Source: Camelus ferus
Lineage: Eukaryota
Length of the DNA stretch: 64,000 bases
NCBI RefSeq assembly: GCF_009834535.1
Contig: NC_045696.1
Coordinates: forward strand, 7,566,001 to 7,630,000
Reading direction: 5' to 3'
Positions 63,126 through 64,000 of the stretch are shown here, piece after piece (position 1 is the stretch's first letter; each line of letters begins with the position of its first letter). The position numbers and the translations under genes were made by a program. The notes beneath the pieces were generated by a model. It ran no database searches and was not told where the DNA came from. It saw only the letters and a list, made by a program, of their open reading frames with translations.

Positions 63126-64000
63126 GGGAGTTACCTTTGTAATTTATTCATTTTGTCTTCTTCCTTCAGTAGAGTGTATATTAAAAGATTAACAATGAAC
63201 AGGGAATATCCCACTTAAATTTTATCTTGGTTCTTTGTGCAAAGATGGGACGTTAGTGCTGTTTCTCCTGGTGGCTCACTTCAGCTTGACCTCCAATGAC
63301 TTTTCTGGTGCTTGTTCATGCAGGATCGCCCTCTGTTTTGCACCCCTCCTGTGGCACTGTGTCCCACTCCCTGCACTGGCCTGTCCTGTTTTGTCCTGGG
63401 GCATTCCTCTCTGTCCTCCCCAGTGGGTCATGAGCTTCTAGGCCAGGATCCTCGGTTATTTCTCTTTATGTTTCCATTGGTGCATCATGTGTAGTCAGTC
63501 AGTCACGTTGCCGCTTCACACACACCCTCAGCTTCCTCTGTGCCTGCCCCACATAGTGTGCAGCTGAGCGTGACTGCGTAAAAACATGGAGTCGCACCTT
63601 TGAATTCAGAATCACTAACCCTAGGTGACCCCTGAATGCTCCGTGTTGCTCGTATGATTTACCCTGCTTCCTTCATTTTCTCACCCTCCCTTCCCAAACC
63701 GCCAGCACCTCCTTCCTCTTTTTCACTCTTAGCTTATGCTCTTTATTTACCGAGAAAATAGAGGAAATCAGAAGATGTCGCCAGCACTGGGACTCCCACC
63801 TCCGGGTGGTCTTGGAAAGGGCGGCAGTGGTGTAGTTCAGTTCCCAGGGCTGTCCTGCATGTCTGTGTGGCCAGCAAGGAGTGAGGGAGGGCCACGATCC
63901 AGTGGGCAAGCAGGGCTGGTGTTACCAGGGTGGGTGGGAGTCCTACCCATCCTACGGGGTGAGCAGCTCTGCTTTTAAGGCTGACCTCTCTGCCTGAGCT

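Noticed and set aside
40911..64000. HLCS exon 6 and the catalytic domain
   Set aside because: I found no sequence encoding the expected continuation (EIRDPL...) or the GKGRGG/KWPND motifs, so intron 5 appears to extend past the window end.
1..64000. CRISPR array, operon or other prokaryotic or viral system
   Set aside because: No regularly spaced repeat-spacer structure or gene-dense segment was seen. The sequence is ordinary mammalian intron-rich DNA throughout.

Overview
Mammalian genomic DNA, very probably camelid: it carries about 15 copies of a short tRNA-Ala(AGC)-derived SINE of the vic-1 type. The window holds the 5' half of HLCS (holocarboxylase synthetase, biotin-protein ligase) on the + strand. 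Five GT-AG coding exons (20696-20890, 23968-24105, 34169-34331, 35563-36506, 40728-40910) splice into 541 uninterrupted codons, and the catalytic C-terminal exons lie beyond the window. There are two CpG islands (~7.5-8.0 kb and ~20.4-21.3 kb), a decayed antisense IMPDH1 processed pseudogene in intron 2, and many L1, MaLR/ERVL, MER, MIR and L2 relics. The most interesting signals concern the HLCS N-terminus. Exon 1 encodes an Arg-rich, acid-free presequence-like peptide. The codon equivalent to human Met1 is CTG, and an out-of-frame uORF overlaps Met7. A frame-compatible exon-like segment in intron 2 encodes an NLS-like PRKRK but ends in TAG exactly at a splice donor. Intron 5 also has a Z-DNA-prone cluster of NRF1-like motifs. 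No prokaryote-type or clearly new gene system is evident. Repeat subfamily names and comparisons with human proteins are from recall, not searches, and repeat boundaries are approximate.
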